A stretch of DNA of 57,884 bases, the filler included, from Sphacelaria rigidula (lineage: Eukaryota): assembly GCA_964200075.2 (NCBI GenBank). It is 9 parts of 9 records of this genome, joined end to end, with 100 filler letters (N's around TTAATTAATTAA, not from the genome) between each part and the next. Parts side by side here need not be neighbours in the genome. Positions count along the whole stretch, not along the records: positions 6,444 to 12,786 come from CAXNAA020020650.1; positions 12,887 to 19,229 come from CAXNAA020020651.1; positions 19,330 to 25,672 come from CAXNAA020020652.1; 6 more parts are not named here. One strand, 5' to 3'. The first letter of the stretch is position 1. Each line of letters opens with the position of its first letter. The notes under the pieces are model-generated. The model did no database searches and was not told the DNA's origin. It saw only the letters and a list, made by a program, of their open reading frames with translations. Shown here piece by piece: positions 9,962 to 22,800 of the stretch. The translations under genes and the position numbers were made by a program.

Positions 9962-12900
9962 CATTTGAATTAGTACTCACCTTCCCGCGGGGTCTGAATT
10001 AAAAGGGTACAACTAAAAACAGTTAACGCGAAAGAGGTACACTTAGCGCCCAAGAGTGGGAGTTCGATTTCCGGGAGGCGCATTTGGGTCTTTTTCTGAG
10101 GAGTAAAAGTATCTGATTTTCGTGGTTGAAACTGCGGGAATACGAGTAGCGAGCAACTTTTGCTTGACGAGAATCGACGCGGTGCGGGAATACTGTTAGT
10201 CATGATCCAATCCGAGATACCGAAAATGTAAGGCGTGGATCGCGGATACAGTAGATGAGTTGATCCCTTTAGACTAGTGGACTACAGTACATACTCATCC
10301 CGAGGAGGGGGGGGGGGGGATGAAAGTTTTGAGGCCGCTTCTTATGATCCAAGAAAGACTGCAAAAAATCGGGCGACGATCTCTTCCCGACAGCCTTTCC
10401 TCGACGGAAACATTTCCCAAAAACGTCCATTGAAATTCCGGGGAGCGGTCCCGCGGATTGTACACCTAAATTGGGGGGCCCGCCCGCATGACACTTGCTA
10501 TCACACATCTGGGCAAGAAGCAGCGGCTGCTGGACTGTCCTTCGTCTACAGCTACGGACTGTCTGCACTGCCCTGATCCGTGCTTGCATGTACTTTACAG
10601 TGCTGTCTTTGCTGATGTTTTGCATGTGCCGCACGGTATGCAGTACGGTAGCCCTGTGAGTATTGTACAGCTGTCCGTTACAGCGGTGTGTACCGTCTGT
10701 ACTGTTGCACAGCAGCACTTGATGCAATGTTTGCGGCACCGTACACTGTGTATGCTGTCTGTACAGGAGCTTGTTCCGCATTTGATGGAGGGCGCGTTGT
10801 GGACAAACCCTTTCCCCGACAAAATTGATCTCTTCGGAACGGTCTACGTTACTCGACAACAAGGATGAGAAAAGCATCTCTTTGGCAGAAACTCCGGACT
10901 CGGGAAAAATTTCCCCCCAAAGAAGGTGTCACAAGAAAGGGTTTCAGAGACATTATCTGAAAGAATAAAAATATATGTCCAGAGGACTTTTTAGGACTAA
11001 AAGAAACGGTCTGACAAAAAAAAATGTTGAGAAATACCATGATGATGACCATACACAACCTCGTCCCTCACGAAGAAAAAGGAAAGTATACTCGAATAAA
11101 ACAAAATCTTGATGGAAATAAGTAGTACGTACGTTACACACGACAACAACAACCAGCTACGATGAGGATGTACATGTTCACGGAAAATAACGTTGATCTT
11201 GCAGCGCCCAGTCGTGGAGGGGACCTTTCGATGGCCTGGCTATGTTGGGAAGTACGAAATAGCTGTTCTGATTTAATACAAAAAACCTACACAGGATCGG
11301 GGGGGTCTGAGTCCGCTGGGTCGTTGTCACGCACACAAGCGTGTCATCATCGGTAAAGCGAGTACAAAACAGAGTACGGAGTAATCTCCGCAGAATACGG
11401 GGGTGTTGCGGATGCGGGTAATGTGCTGACGGGACCTTCCGTAAATACAGTTCCGAGAGCCATGCTGTGTGCTGCAGACGTCCCGAAAACTCCAACCGAC
11501 CCGCTCAGCCATGGATACAGATTCTACACTTGTCATACTCCAAAGCATAATATTCGTAATTATGTCTGATGTCACGCCCAAGGGCCATAAAAGGGCCATG
11601 CGCACAGAATCATCATACTCCAAATATCCACGGGACAGTCAGGTCTCATTATTGGAACAAAAGGCCTTGATAACCCCGAGAGTTCAATCAATCAGAAAAA
11701 TAAAACGAAATTGTTTTTAAAAAGCAGCTCACATGGAATATCGCCTCGAGATCGCAGGTCACCACCTCGGGGAAGATCGTGTCGGGATCTTGTTTGTCAT
11801 CGCCCGTATACTGCCGGTTCAAGGCCTCGGTCAGAGCAGATCCCTTCGCCCACGACGGGATCTACGGCACGGGACGTAAAACACGATACGGCGGGGGGGG
11901 GGGGGGGTACTGAACACTTCCGGGGTCGTCAAGGCCAAAGTCCTTCGGGCCCAATTCTGGCTTGAATCGAGAAAAAATATATAGTGCAACAGGAAATTTG
12001 GTGGAGACGCCCCAGGTAACTTCTGCGAATCAAAAACCTCATTTCGCTGAAAATTGACCATTTTCTATTCGAATCACCGATTCGGGGTGTTCGAATTTTG
12101 TCATCAAGAAAGCCAAGTCAAAAATCGCATCTCCGCTGTCGAGTTAGAGGGGGTAAGGAAAAGTTTCGGCGGGATCGGGTGAAGGTCGGCTTCGCAAACT
12201 TGAAATGAAGTTTCGGCACTTGAACCGACAGGTCCTGACCAATGCATTCGAATTCAGACCAACTTGCGGGCTGCTGTTGCCCCACTTTTGCATCGGATGT
12301 TACAATACGTTCAGGACTCCAGAAAGTGTCGAAAAATTAGTGCACATCACATTCAACCATAGAGAAAATTCTTCAAAGCATTGGTGAAGTCTCATATGGA
12401 GGTTGGGCCCATGTTTTTTCCAGGGGCAGCAAACTAGCCGTGGCCGGGGGTGATGTCTGACCGTTTTGGCCTGCCAATAAAAGTGAACGGTGGCGCCCCA
12501 CTCTATCCTGGGGGTACATTGGAAGGGTGTCGAATATATTGATGATACCTCTCATCGTGAGGTTAGAAGCATCATGTAGTCCGCTCGCCACTGGCTAATA
12601 CGTCAAATACCACCCCCTCCGGATGAGGATATTTCGAGGAGATATGCCCATCGCTTCGTCGGGGAAGGAGGCCAAGGGTGGTATCAAATCAGCACGTAAG
12701 GTGTAGGCGTTCTGGTGGACACTCGCGTGCCCGTGTAAAAACTCACTCGTCTTCAACAGGCCCTGATGATATATTTCAACCCTAGCNNNNNNNNNNNNNN
12801 NNNNNNNNNNNNNNNNNNNNNNNNNNNNNNTTAATTAATTAANNNNNNNNNNNNNNNNNNNNNNNNNNNNNNNNNNNNNNNNNNNNCCCCCCAACTGGCG

Positions 12901-13436
12901 TGCGGTCAAGCGTGGGGAGGCAGGGGAAGATCGACGACGAATAACACCCCCTAAGTTCATATTGGATCTATCTGGTTTTGCCGCAGCACCGTCCTTGCGG
13001 GCATGTGTGTGACAGGAAAAGTAGTAGCGGTGACGGGAGTATTGCCCAGTTTTTCAACGACATGTTTTTCAGCGCACGGATGTCATGAAGATGCATACTA
13101 GCCTGTTGTCATGCCGCTTCAGACCCGTTGTCGAAGTCTGGCTTTCGGCAATATCGGGAATCCCGGTAATCAAGACTGCAGGTCTGTTCAGAGTTGGTCG
13201 GGTACGGATATGAGCTTGTATATTGGTAAAATATGGCGAGTAGATCAGCTGGAACCGATATAGCTCGCCCATCCTACACACTATCAACTGCCCCTCTATT
13301 GCCCTCCAGCAAAAGAAGTCTAACTATCTGTGAGACGCATTAGTTTGAATTGGACTGATTGAGTAGGTACTGGACTTAGAATCAAGATAATCAAGAGAGA
13401 AGTGAAGAACCTATCGCGTGAGACCCCGTCTGATAT

Positions 13437-14284
13437 TGTATTGAGCTGTGTTCAGCAGTGTGCAGAGCTGTGCCAGCCTGACTGTTGTCCGCTGGCCTTG
13501 TGAATCTGTACCTTGGACTACAACCTGTGTCCTTGCATTATACTGCCGTTTGCTCTTCATTACATCGGCGTTTGACCAAGGAGTTTCTTCTTTGGCTATT
13601 GCGTTTCTTTCTTGTACCGATTTGTGTATCCCTGGCTGCCAGCTGTGTACTCCAGCTTTTTGATCATTTGCCCCTTTTCCCGTCAGGACAATTTTAGTCA
13701 AATCTACCGCCCAGGTAGTCAGTAGCTCTTAAAGTTTCTGCCCCGCGTGTCTCTCGGTAAAGTGTACTCGTGCCTTGCTACTTGCGATTGCTTTAGCGCT
13801 CGACGGCACATCTTGTGTGGCCAACGTGGGGTCAACGCGCACTGCTTGCTATTCTTGCCGTACTGTCAATTTGACATCACCTGCACAAGGCCCCACGGTA
13901 TCACTTACGCCTGCACGGTTTGTACAGAACACCAGTGCACAAAGGCGCACTGTTGTTCATCGTCAGCCGCTGTTCCTGACCTAAGCTCCTGCCAAGCCGG
14001 CACACTGCTGCTCTTATTTTTCCGTATCGATTGTACGCGACTGTTGTATCTTTCCTTCACGAAAATACTGAACAAGTACAACCCGTGCTCACACAGTGTG
14101 GTAACGGACATCTGTACACGAACTTTGGATTGTTCCGGCACTTTACCTTCGGTGCTCGTAGCTACCTTGTTGTTGTTGTAGCTTTAGCTTCGTCGCTGGG
14201 GGCTACTTTGTTGTTGTTGTCCTCTTGTGTACTTCGCACAACCGCAAGGCAACGCGGTACATGACCGTGGTAAGTAACAATACA
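13437..14284 (+). mobile_element. Candidate 5' LTR upstream of the gag-like ORF
   Basis: Bounded by TGTATTG...CAATACA inverted ends; no canonical TGG primer-binding site and no second LTR in the contig. Confidence 0.3.
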
Positions 14285-15113
14285 CAGCATAACGTCCCGT
14301 AAGGTTTTACTCCTTTGATCCCTTCTCGAACGAACAAATTTATTGTTCCGAGACGGTTTCGTTGAAATACTACAGGTTAAAACATTTCGACCTCCGTTAC
14401 GTGCTCATTTGAACAGACAGCACTCGAAATCTGTGCCCCTTGCCTGTGCCCTACAAATGTTTCGGCACCCGCTCTCAGGGTTGCCCCTGTTGTGCATCTC
14501 ATCACCTTTGTTCCGCATAAATACGTTGTCTAAACTTCGTTGGATAACAAGCCTTCGCTCTGCCCTACGCAGTCCGATTTCGCGGTCTACAACCCAAGCT
14601 TTGTAAAAGCTTTTGTGCTACCTTACGCTGCACAGTTTTCGTGCGCATCTGACAATATATATATATCTATATAATTCTTTTCATTTGCACACAGCTAGTT
14701 GTCCCTCAACTTGTGCTGGGGTCATACAGTTATAGTCTGCCCGTGACGCTACACCCGGAACACGTGTAAGTTGTTCTTCCACGTACCAACGCTGCTACAG
14801 ACAATTGGATCCTCGCTTGTCTTCGACAACATACGTCTGTTCTGTGCACAACCCCGTGGTAGCATTTACCGCCACAACTTGAATAAAGTTGTATTCATCA
14901 GACCCCGGACATAGTTGTTACAAACCGCAATTCGCTTGAATAAATTTCTCAAGTAAATCAGGTCCCACGGTTCCCTCAGGCGCTATTAGGCTTCATTATC
15001 CAGTATTTCCGGATACAAGCTTCGGCTTTTGCACTGAGCATCTCTCAGTGTCACGCTCCTTTGATTAGAGCCCGCAGATCAGACATACTGCACCTTCCTT
15101 TTTAAGCACAAAG

Positions 15114-15556
15114 AACACGCGATCTTACAAATTGGGGATGGATCTTTTATTTGGGATGAGAAACCCGGCGGATTAAAATCTTCGTATCCACACCAAATCT
15201 TAGAAATATTGTTCCATTCCTTCACCTACTGATAGCTAGTGATAACTGCTACACGTCAAAGAAATTCGGATTTCGATCACCTAAATTTTGGAGTCCTAGA
15301 TGAAAAACAATTTCGGAACCATTTTGGCGTCCGTTCGGACACCTGAAATTCCCCAAAATTGCTTTTTTACCTAGGACCCCAACATTTCGGTGATCGAAAT
15401 CCATATTTCTATGGCGTGTAGCAGTTGCCAATAGCTATCAGTAGGTGAAGAAATGAAACCGGATTTCGAAGATTTGGTGTGGACACGAAGATTTTAATTC
15501 TCTGGGTTCCTCATCCCCAATAAAAGATACATCCCCAATTTGTAAGATCCCGTGTT
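15114..15556. mobile_element. Foldback MITE family A, copy 2
   Basis: Long TIRs AACACGCGATCTTACAAATTGGGG...CCCCAATTTGTAAGATCCCGTGTT. Confidence 0.92.
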
Positions 15557-15575
15557 AAGGCTGTGTACGATTTTC

Positions 15576-18500
15576 ATGTCGCACAGAAATAACGCTGGCT
15601 CTTCCCCTCAATGGGGAAACCAATCGCTTCGCCGGACTCGGAGCCAGACTACTAGCGCTTCGAAATCTTTCAAGATGAGCGGCACGCCACCTTCAACACA
15701 TCGCCGCACGTATGCGAGCGCTGTTCGTTCTTCGGGATCTGAAGACCAACCTTCGAGCGAAGCTCAATCTTCAAGGCTTGAAGGCCAGACTTTGACGCCG
15801 ACACCTGTTCTCTTACGTTCCGACCCGGATTCAGAGAACATGGTAGTGCAACCGGCCGAGTCATTGGTTCCTGACGCGCGTGTCAGTGAGCCCATAACGG
15901 TGGATTCCGTCGCACACCCCTCGCTGGCCCCTGCTCTCCCGAATCCCATTGTGGAATCCGGAGTTAGGATTGTGCCCTCAGTCGAGTCGTTACCCCTGGA
16001 CACACGTGTCCAGCTCGGCCCTGTCACGGCTGCTTCAACCGTGGCACCCCGTTGCTTGACGGCTGACAACTCTTGAGACGATTCTGTCCCGACGAAGCGC
16101 ATTGCTTCTGGAGCAAGAGACTTTGCCACACGGGCTGCTTCTGTTACGGACCCCTTTCGCACGACTCTTGATATTTCCATGCGCCCTCCTGTGCAGTCCA
16201 ATGTCGGACCTGCAGTTGCGGCCATGCATGCTGCCATGCAAAATCTGCATCGCATCTCCTCGGCGTCGTCGCCATCGCCATCGCCAGCGCCAGCCCTCAT
16301 CGAGGCATTGACGGCTTTTTGCCACGCAACACTCCAAGACCAACCGGCGTCTGCTCATGTGCAATTCAATGATGATTCTGCACCTGCCACGCCCAAACCC
16401 GTACGTCTGGCGACCCGTTCGGCGACACCGCGTCCTCCGTTCGTTACCCATGATAAATTCAACGAACATGAGTCCAGCCCTTCCTCAACGTCGCAGCAGA
16501 GCCATACTCGCGCTTCTGACCGGCGCCGCACACCGAGACTTGGTCATGACGATGTCTCCCATTCTAGCAGTTCTAAGGGCCACTCCCAGCAAAGCTTGAG
16601 TTCATCGCGCGCTTCCACACGCTCGAAGAATATCGCTCATGGACAAAAATATGACGGTAGTTCACGCCATAGTTCCAATTTATCTCGCGCTCCAAAGCGC
16701 CGGGTGAAAGCTAACCATGGCCGTACTCACGAGGATGCCTTGCGGCCCAGATCAAGTTCTTCGCGCGTTAAGTCGCGCTCGAACAACTCCGATCATGCAC
16801 CTTCGCGCATCTCTAATGCTCAGCCTTTGTCACACAACCGTCATTTACGCAATGATAACACTGTACATACTGACGATATCCAAAAAATATTTTCGGACAT
16901 GTCACCGGCTCCGGAATCCTCAATTTCAGGATCCGACCGCAACTCATCGCACAACCGACGACAACGCACTGACCGCCAACCACCGTCTCGTTCCGACGCT
17001 GTGCTTATTCCTTCTCTGCAACAACGTTTGACAGATCTTGAACGACAACTCGCAACAGCAACCATGGACACCAAGTGCACTACCGCTGCTGCTAAGCCTA
17101 CCAGGGAGACCACCAACGCCGCTCCCACTACCGCCCCAGCCGCCACTACCGTGGTCACTGCGCCTTCTGCCGCAGCCACTGCAGCCACGGCCCCAACTCC
17201 TGCTGCCGCCCAGCCTGCAGTAGACACAGATGCGGATAGTGGTCCCACCACTGGCCCTGTGGGGGATGTCTCCGTGCGCTTGCCTCCTTCGGTGAAGGAT
17301 CTTCCTCCGCTCGGCGGCGAGCATTGCCCCACCGGGCTTCTCTTGAGACTATTCCAGGACCGCCCCCGCGCGGAACAAGAACAGCTCATTCATGACTATG
17401 CGTACCAAGCCCCAGCGCTAGCTCGCAACATACTAGACTAGCAACGCAATCCTGACGAGGCTGCCGCCCGCCTTCGTTTGGAGGAACATGCTGCCAAGCA
17501 GAAGAATTTTCAGCGACAGGCTTCACTCGCCCAAGCTACCAAGACGGCGGCGCACAGGGCATTGCAGGAAGGGCAGACTGCAGCCTTGACGGCACAAAGG
17601 AGGGTTCGCGAGCTACAAGATCATGTTCGGCGCACTACGCAAGAAGCCGATTCGTCGATGGCGCGGGTGACTCACCATCAAGCCTCGCCGCCCCCTTCCG
17701 CCGATCACTTGCTTGAAGCTCGACCTCCTCGACAGCCTACGCCCGCCTGGTCCGACTACGAGATACCACGTAAGTCCGACAGGGCGTCATCTGTCGCGGC
17801 CGCCGCCGCCCCCACCCGCCTCGTGCACCTGGCCCGGCGGTCACTGCCAGCCCCACCACACGCTTGCAACTTGCATCACACGAACGAGTGTGGCTTTCTC
17901 GGTCTGCGGCCGATTATACTGACCCCTTTCACCGAAACAATCACTTGCACTGTTCCCGCCACGCTTGGAACACCATATCCCAACGCATGTTAGCCGTAAT
18001 TGGTGGCTACGTGGAACAGGGCGGCTTCTTCCCGGACGCTGGCGTGTCGGCAATCACCTTGGGCCAACTGGTCCTCCAGGCGACAATCGGCGATAGTCCG
18101 CATCTCCACCAGTACGTCGACACTGTCACCCAACCGTTTTGCGGCGCTACGCGCCGCTTCTAACCCTGATCCCGCCGCGACTCTCCCCGACGATGACGAA
18201 GATGAGGACGGGTGGATCACCACGCGTCCAATTGCCGGGGTCACAAGAAGAATCACCGTCGCGATGACGATGACAACAATGGCGGGAATTCACGCCGCCG
18301 CCATGGCTGTGGAGGATCCTCTTCGGGCGGTTCCGGACCAAACCGCTCGCCCCGCAAGCCGAAAGGCAAGCACACCGGAGACAACTCTTCCGGATCGTCC
18401 GCATCGGTCTGGAACCGGTCCGGTACAGCTCTTCCCGCCTCGGGCTCGGAGACCCCCAGGCAAGTGGTTCCTAAGTTGGCTGATGTTTCGGCCCGCATTT

Positions 18501-19157
18501 TAGGTTTGCCCGAGACGGATACACCTGACCGTCCTTTGTCTTCTACTGCAGCCCGCGCCTTAGCAACGGCTGCGGCTGACAAAGAGCGTTCCGAAGCTAG
18601 AAAAAAAGCAGCTTCCGATAGAGCTGAGTCTGCCCGAGTAGCTGCAATACAGAGACAGGATATTCAGATGGATGTGAAAAAACTCTGGCACATCAACACC
18701 ATGCCTGCCGCGGATAACGAAGATTCGGGCCAGTTTACTTCTGCCCTCATCACGTCCATCTGCCGCACTGTTTGTAACATCCTTCACTTGGCGGATGTGA
18801 CTGGCACACAACGTTTCGAAGATTCCGCCTGGGTAGAGGGCTGGCAGACTCCCTTGCATAAAACACTGCATCGATCGATCAGCCGCCGCTCTCCCGACCT
18901 CGCTGCTTCTTTGACGCAGGTTCTTGACGGATTGCTCGCCGAGATGGACCCGGATCGTGCCAAGGTGAAGACAGGCCCGGTATTACTCTCTGATTTGGAG
19001 AGGCGTCTGATCGGTTACTTCGATAAAAGTGACAAGGCTAGTGCCATCCAGAGGCTGAGTTCCTTTGTTGTCGCCTCTGATGTCCCTTTCGCGGACTATC
19101 TCCGGGAATTTAAGCTTTTAGTTTCGGGTACGACGGGAGTCGGACGTCAGAACGGAC
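15576..19157 (+). pseudogene. Decayed gag-like ORF1 of a retroelement (~1,190 codons)
   Basis: ORFs 15552, 16179 and 17478 share one frame, split by single stops (16074, 17439). After one frameshift near 17830-17860, ORFs 17864 and 18212 share a frame (stop 18161). Ser/Pro/Arg-rich start, coiled coil, then a capsid-like segment (AIQRLSSF...FADYLREFKLLV). Intronless; cut by an insertion at 19158. Confidence 0.55.
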
Positions 19158-19229
19158 GAGTCATCCTACGATAGAGGGGGGGGTATTTTGGGCCATTTGT
19201 TGCTCGAAATTTCGAGTGAGAGCGTCGTT
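19158..19229 (+). mobile_element. Terminus of a repeat family beginning GAGTCATCCTAC (second copy 51345-51442)
   Basis: GAGTCATCCTAC(G/A)ATAG-polyG-TATTTTGGGC...CGAAATTTCG ends both contigs 3 and 8; homology starts sharply at GAG. Confidence 0.75.
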
Positions 19230-19329
19230 NNNNNNNNNNNNNNNNNNNNNNNNNNNNNNNNNNNNNNNNNNNNTTAATTAATTAANNNNNNNNNNNNNNN
19301 NNNNNNNNNNNNNNNNNNNNNNNNNNNNN

Positions 19330-19876
19330 CGCTTCCACGAGACATCAACGGGACCCGACTAGATCGCATCCTCCACGGTTCCTACGTTGCCCCTGCTCCC
19401 ACACACGCTGATTTGTTCCACACACTCACCGCTCAGCTCGTTTCCGGCGAGGTTGAGATGCTCCAGGTTCCCAAGCTGCCCGAGGAACGATGGGACATCG
19501 CCTGCACGGTGTTCGAAAGGAGCGTGGACCAAAATCAGATCGTGTTTCCCACCGTCCCTACAACTTTTGTCACGTCTACGCACGGGCGGGACGCGCTTCC
19601 ACGAGACATCAACGGGACCCGACTAGATCGCATCCTCCACAGTTCCTACGTTGCCCCTGCTCCCACACACGCTGATTTGTTCCACACACTCACCGCTCAG
19701 CCGGTTGGAGCTGAGGTTGAGATGCTCCAGGTTCCCAAGCTGCCCTAGGGACGATGGAACATCGCCTGCACGGTGTTGGAAAGGAGGGTGGACCAAATCA
19801 GATCGTGTTTCCCACCGTCCCTACAACTTTGTCACGTCTACGCACGGGCGGGACGCGCTTCCACGAGACATCAACG
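19330..19876. repeat. Tandem 264-bp repeat (72-nt LRR exon + 192-nt intron), just over 2 copies, running off the contig start
   Basis: CGCTTCCACGAGACATCAACG occurs three times at 262-264 bp spacing. Confidence 0.95.
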
Positions 19877-22800
19877 CGACCGCAGTTGGCTTAGTTCGTG
19901 AGGGTTTCAACGTCACCTTTGCTTGTACTAATACGGTGAGTTTTGTTTCCGGGAGTAGCCAATAAAAACGTACACCCCGGGGATCTCGGGAAGTAAAAAG
20001 GAAAGGCATGTCACGTCTCGGGGCGCTCTGTTGCAGGCGCGCTGATTACTTCGAAAACACGTCTAGCGCCCCAGCCCCAAGTGTGTAAGGGAAAGGATCT
20101 CAGACGGGCCATTTGGACAAGAGATCCTGTTTTCCCTTCTGCTCAACATAGATCAACCGTGTAAACTCCACCCGAGCTGCCCTCTCCCACCCGGAAATGC
20201 GATCTCAAGAATGCTCCCAACGAGTTCAAAACGGGAGGGTAAGACCGTATCCTGGGTTCCTCCATATCTCATTACTTCCAACTATAGCACAATCCGTCAC
20301 CGCAAACGATATACGGTACTCGTGAAGGTGTCATCAATCTGCATCGCATGTACCCGAATCAATCTACGCACACAGGCACTAGTGTTCAGGTCGGCAATAT
20401 TCAAGTCAAAGCGACGCTCAAGGTGTCTGGGCAGCATGCCGGACCATTAGTTTTCGTGTTCACGAATGCCACGCGGCTGAACCATGATGTCGAAAATGAG
20501 TGCCTTTCGGAGTATCGGTTTTTGTCAACCACAAAAGGCCGCGACCCAACCACCAACTTGGCCCGTGTACCCGGAAGATCGAACGATGAATACGGAGCGC
20601 TTGCGTGCCGGAGCAAAAGGATCCGACGAACGTGTGTGAACGTTTTGCCGACGCATGGGGTGACACAGCAGACTGTTGCGGGACTCGACAACAAGCATTT
20701 CGTTGAGAGACGACCAAGTCCAGGGGAAGATGACTGCTTTTCCTAGATTTGACCGTTTTTGACCGTTCTCCTCGGATACAAATGCAATTGTGCCAAAAGA
20801 TATTCGTGCACCGTCTTAAAGAGTACAGTAAGTCATTCCAGGACGTGAAACGAAGAAGTAGGACCAACGAGGCATTTTCACAGCATGTTCTTGTTTGTGT
20901 GCCAGAGGGAGCGACCCAAGACGACTCTCACGAAATGCAGTGCCGTACACTTCAATGGCCTTGTTGCTGCTCTACAGTAGTCCATTTCTGCCGGAGACTA
21001 GCTCTCTGCCACCTTGCAAGGCATGCACACTGAGACATGTGGCAGCCTACCTAGCGTGTACCTCTTTCAGCCAAAGAATATGGTGTCTTCGGATGGCTCC
21101 GACACTTGCCATGTATTTCAAACGATTCATTGACAAAGCTACTACAGTAAGCGGATCAGGTCTCGTACAGGGAGTTTCGGAATTGAAAGAAGTCATTCAT
21201 TGATTCCCAATCGTATCTTTTTCTCAAGGGGCTCCACCTTGGGACGTGACGGCACCAGGGCCCCCCATATCGCCGAAATGGTCCTTCGTACACACTACTT
21301 GATGCTGTACCTGCTGCACGACCTTGATGCTGTACTGTACTGACTGTACTGCTGCACTGACCACCGATCGAGCCGCCACTCTTCATCTTTACCAGCTCTA
21401 CCAGGCACCAGCTACCGCTTAAATCAAAACGTCGAAGCGATAGGGCGCAACCATAGCGTCACAAATCTATCGTGGCTCGTGGCGTTCGGTATCGTTCTCG
21501 AAACAGACCGATCACTGTCGCAAGACAGTATAGTAGATGTTGCACAATGGGAGTTCAACCACTAGCTTCTGCAGCAGACAGAACGTCCAACGACAAGAAT
21601 GCTGTTCGGGGCTCCACACTTCGGCCGAACAAAATCAACAAGGCTCTTTCGCAAGCAGAGTGCTGAGGAAATGAAAGAGAGCTGGATGGGCGTGATGGGC
21701 TCGGGGGAGGGATTGCAAAGGCGGTAGAGACCACCGACTGCAAACATGCTGAATCCTGGAACAAAAAGCATGGACCTCTGCGTACGTTGGATGAAACGTA
21801 TCATCTAATTCAACCGCGCTACTGGTGATGTAGCTTGGATCTACTGCGAATTGGTGCACAGGGATTGATTTTGTGAAGTAGAAAAATTTCAAGAGTGGGA
21901 CGATGAGTTTGACGATTTTGGGAACTTATCGGGCCGGATCACGAGCGAAATTTGCATCAAAGATCAGTAATTCGAAATTAAGAGGACTGATCGAGCGCTA
22001 TTTTTATTTGGTAGTTGATAGATGGTCGACACTCTCACATAACACATGACGGCTGGAAACACCGCTGGATCAGAACTGACACATAATACCACACACACAC
22101 TCAGACGAACACACACCGAATCCACTGAAGTGGGGTACTAATAGCTGGGAAAAACGCTCATACGAAATGACATGTCATAATCCCAAATTTTCGGCACGCA
22201 AAAAGGCGTGTGCCGCACCAGCAGATATGCACTGCAACCACTACATAAGGTAGACCTTGAATGACAGAATGATCTCTTATTCAAGGATAGATCCAACCGT
22301 TTTACCGTGATAAAACAAGGAAAGCGCAGCCGCGCTTCCCCGTCCTCCGAGGTGCCCTCGAAAGTTGCTTTTCAGGGTCGAGACCATCACGTATTCGTCT
22401 CACGACACACGACCTAGCTACCCGTCCGTAGAACGGTCGTACGTACATGTTTTGACCCAACACCCTGAACCAGGTGTAGTCAGCCGAGCTGTTTCAACCT
22501 CGTCTACAGCCACCTTGGTTGTTGCCCGCCCTGCTCTTGGGTTGTAACGTTGTCGGTGCTGCAGTCAGAAAATAAGCCATTTTCAACACCATTCGGGTCA
22601 ATATCATAGGATGCCTTCAATCGGGTAATATAACGCTCCCGCGGTGGTTGCCCGGCACATCCCGGCGGTTCAAAATCCTGCACATCCATTTTCGGCGGCC
22701 TACGAACCGCTTCGAAAAGATTTCTTTCGTTAGGCAAGCCGATTCACCTCTGGAGACGCAATGATGTCAATGAGAAACGCCGCGGCTATGGCGACATGCC

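Noticed and set aside
7880..12786. ORFs in the rest of contig 2 (e.g. 10269-10877, 10488-10868, 12373-12591)
   Set aside because: No recognisable motifs or consistent exon structure; cannot be supported from sequence alone.
15764..18582. Long minus-strand ORFs opposite the gag-like ORF (also 46037-46868, 39830-40476, 44335-44760)
   Set aside because: Antisense shadows of GC-rich coding frames.
19330..19876. CRISPR-like or DGR-like repeat/variable structure
   Set aside because: The variable parts are spliceosomal LRR exons; changes are not adenine-specific; no cas genes or linked RT in the contig.
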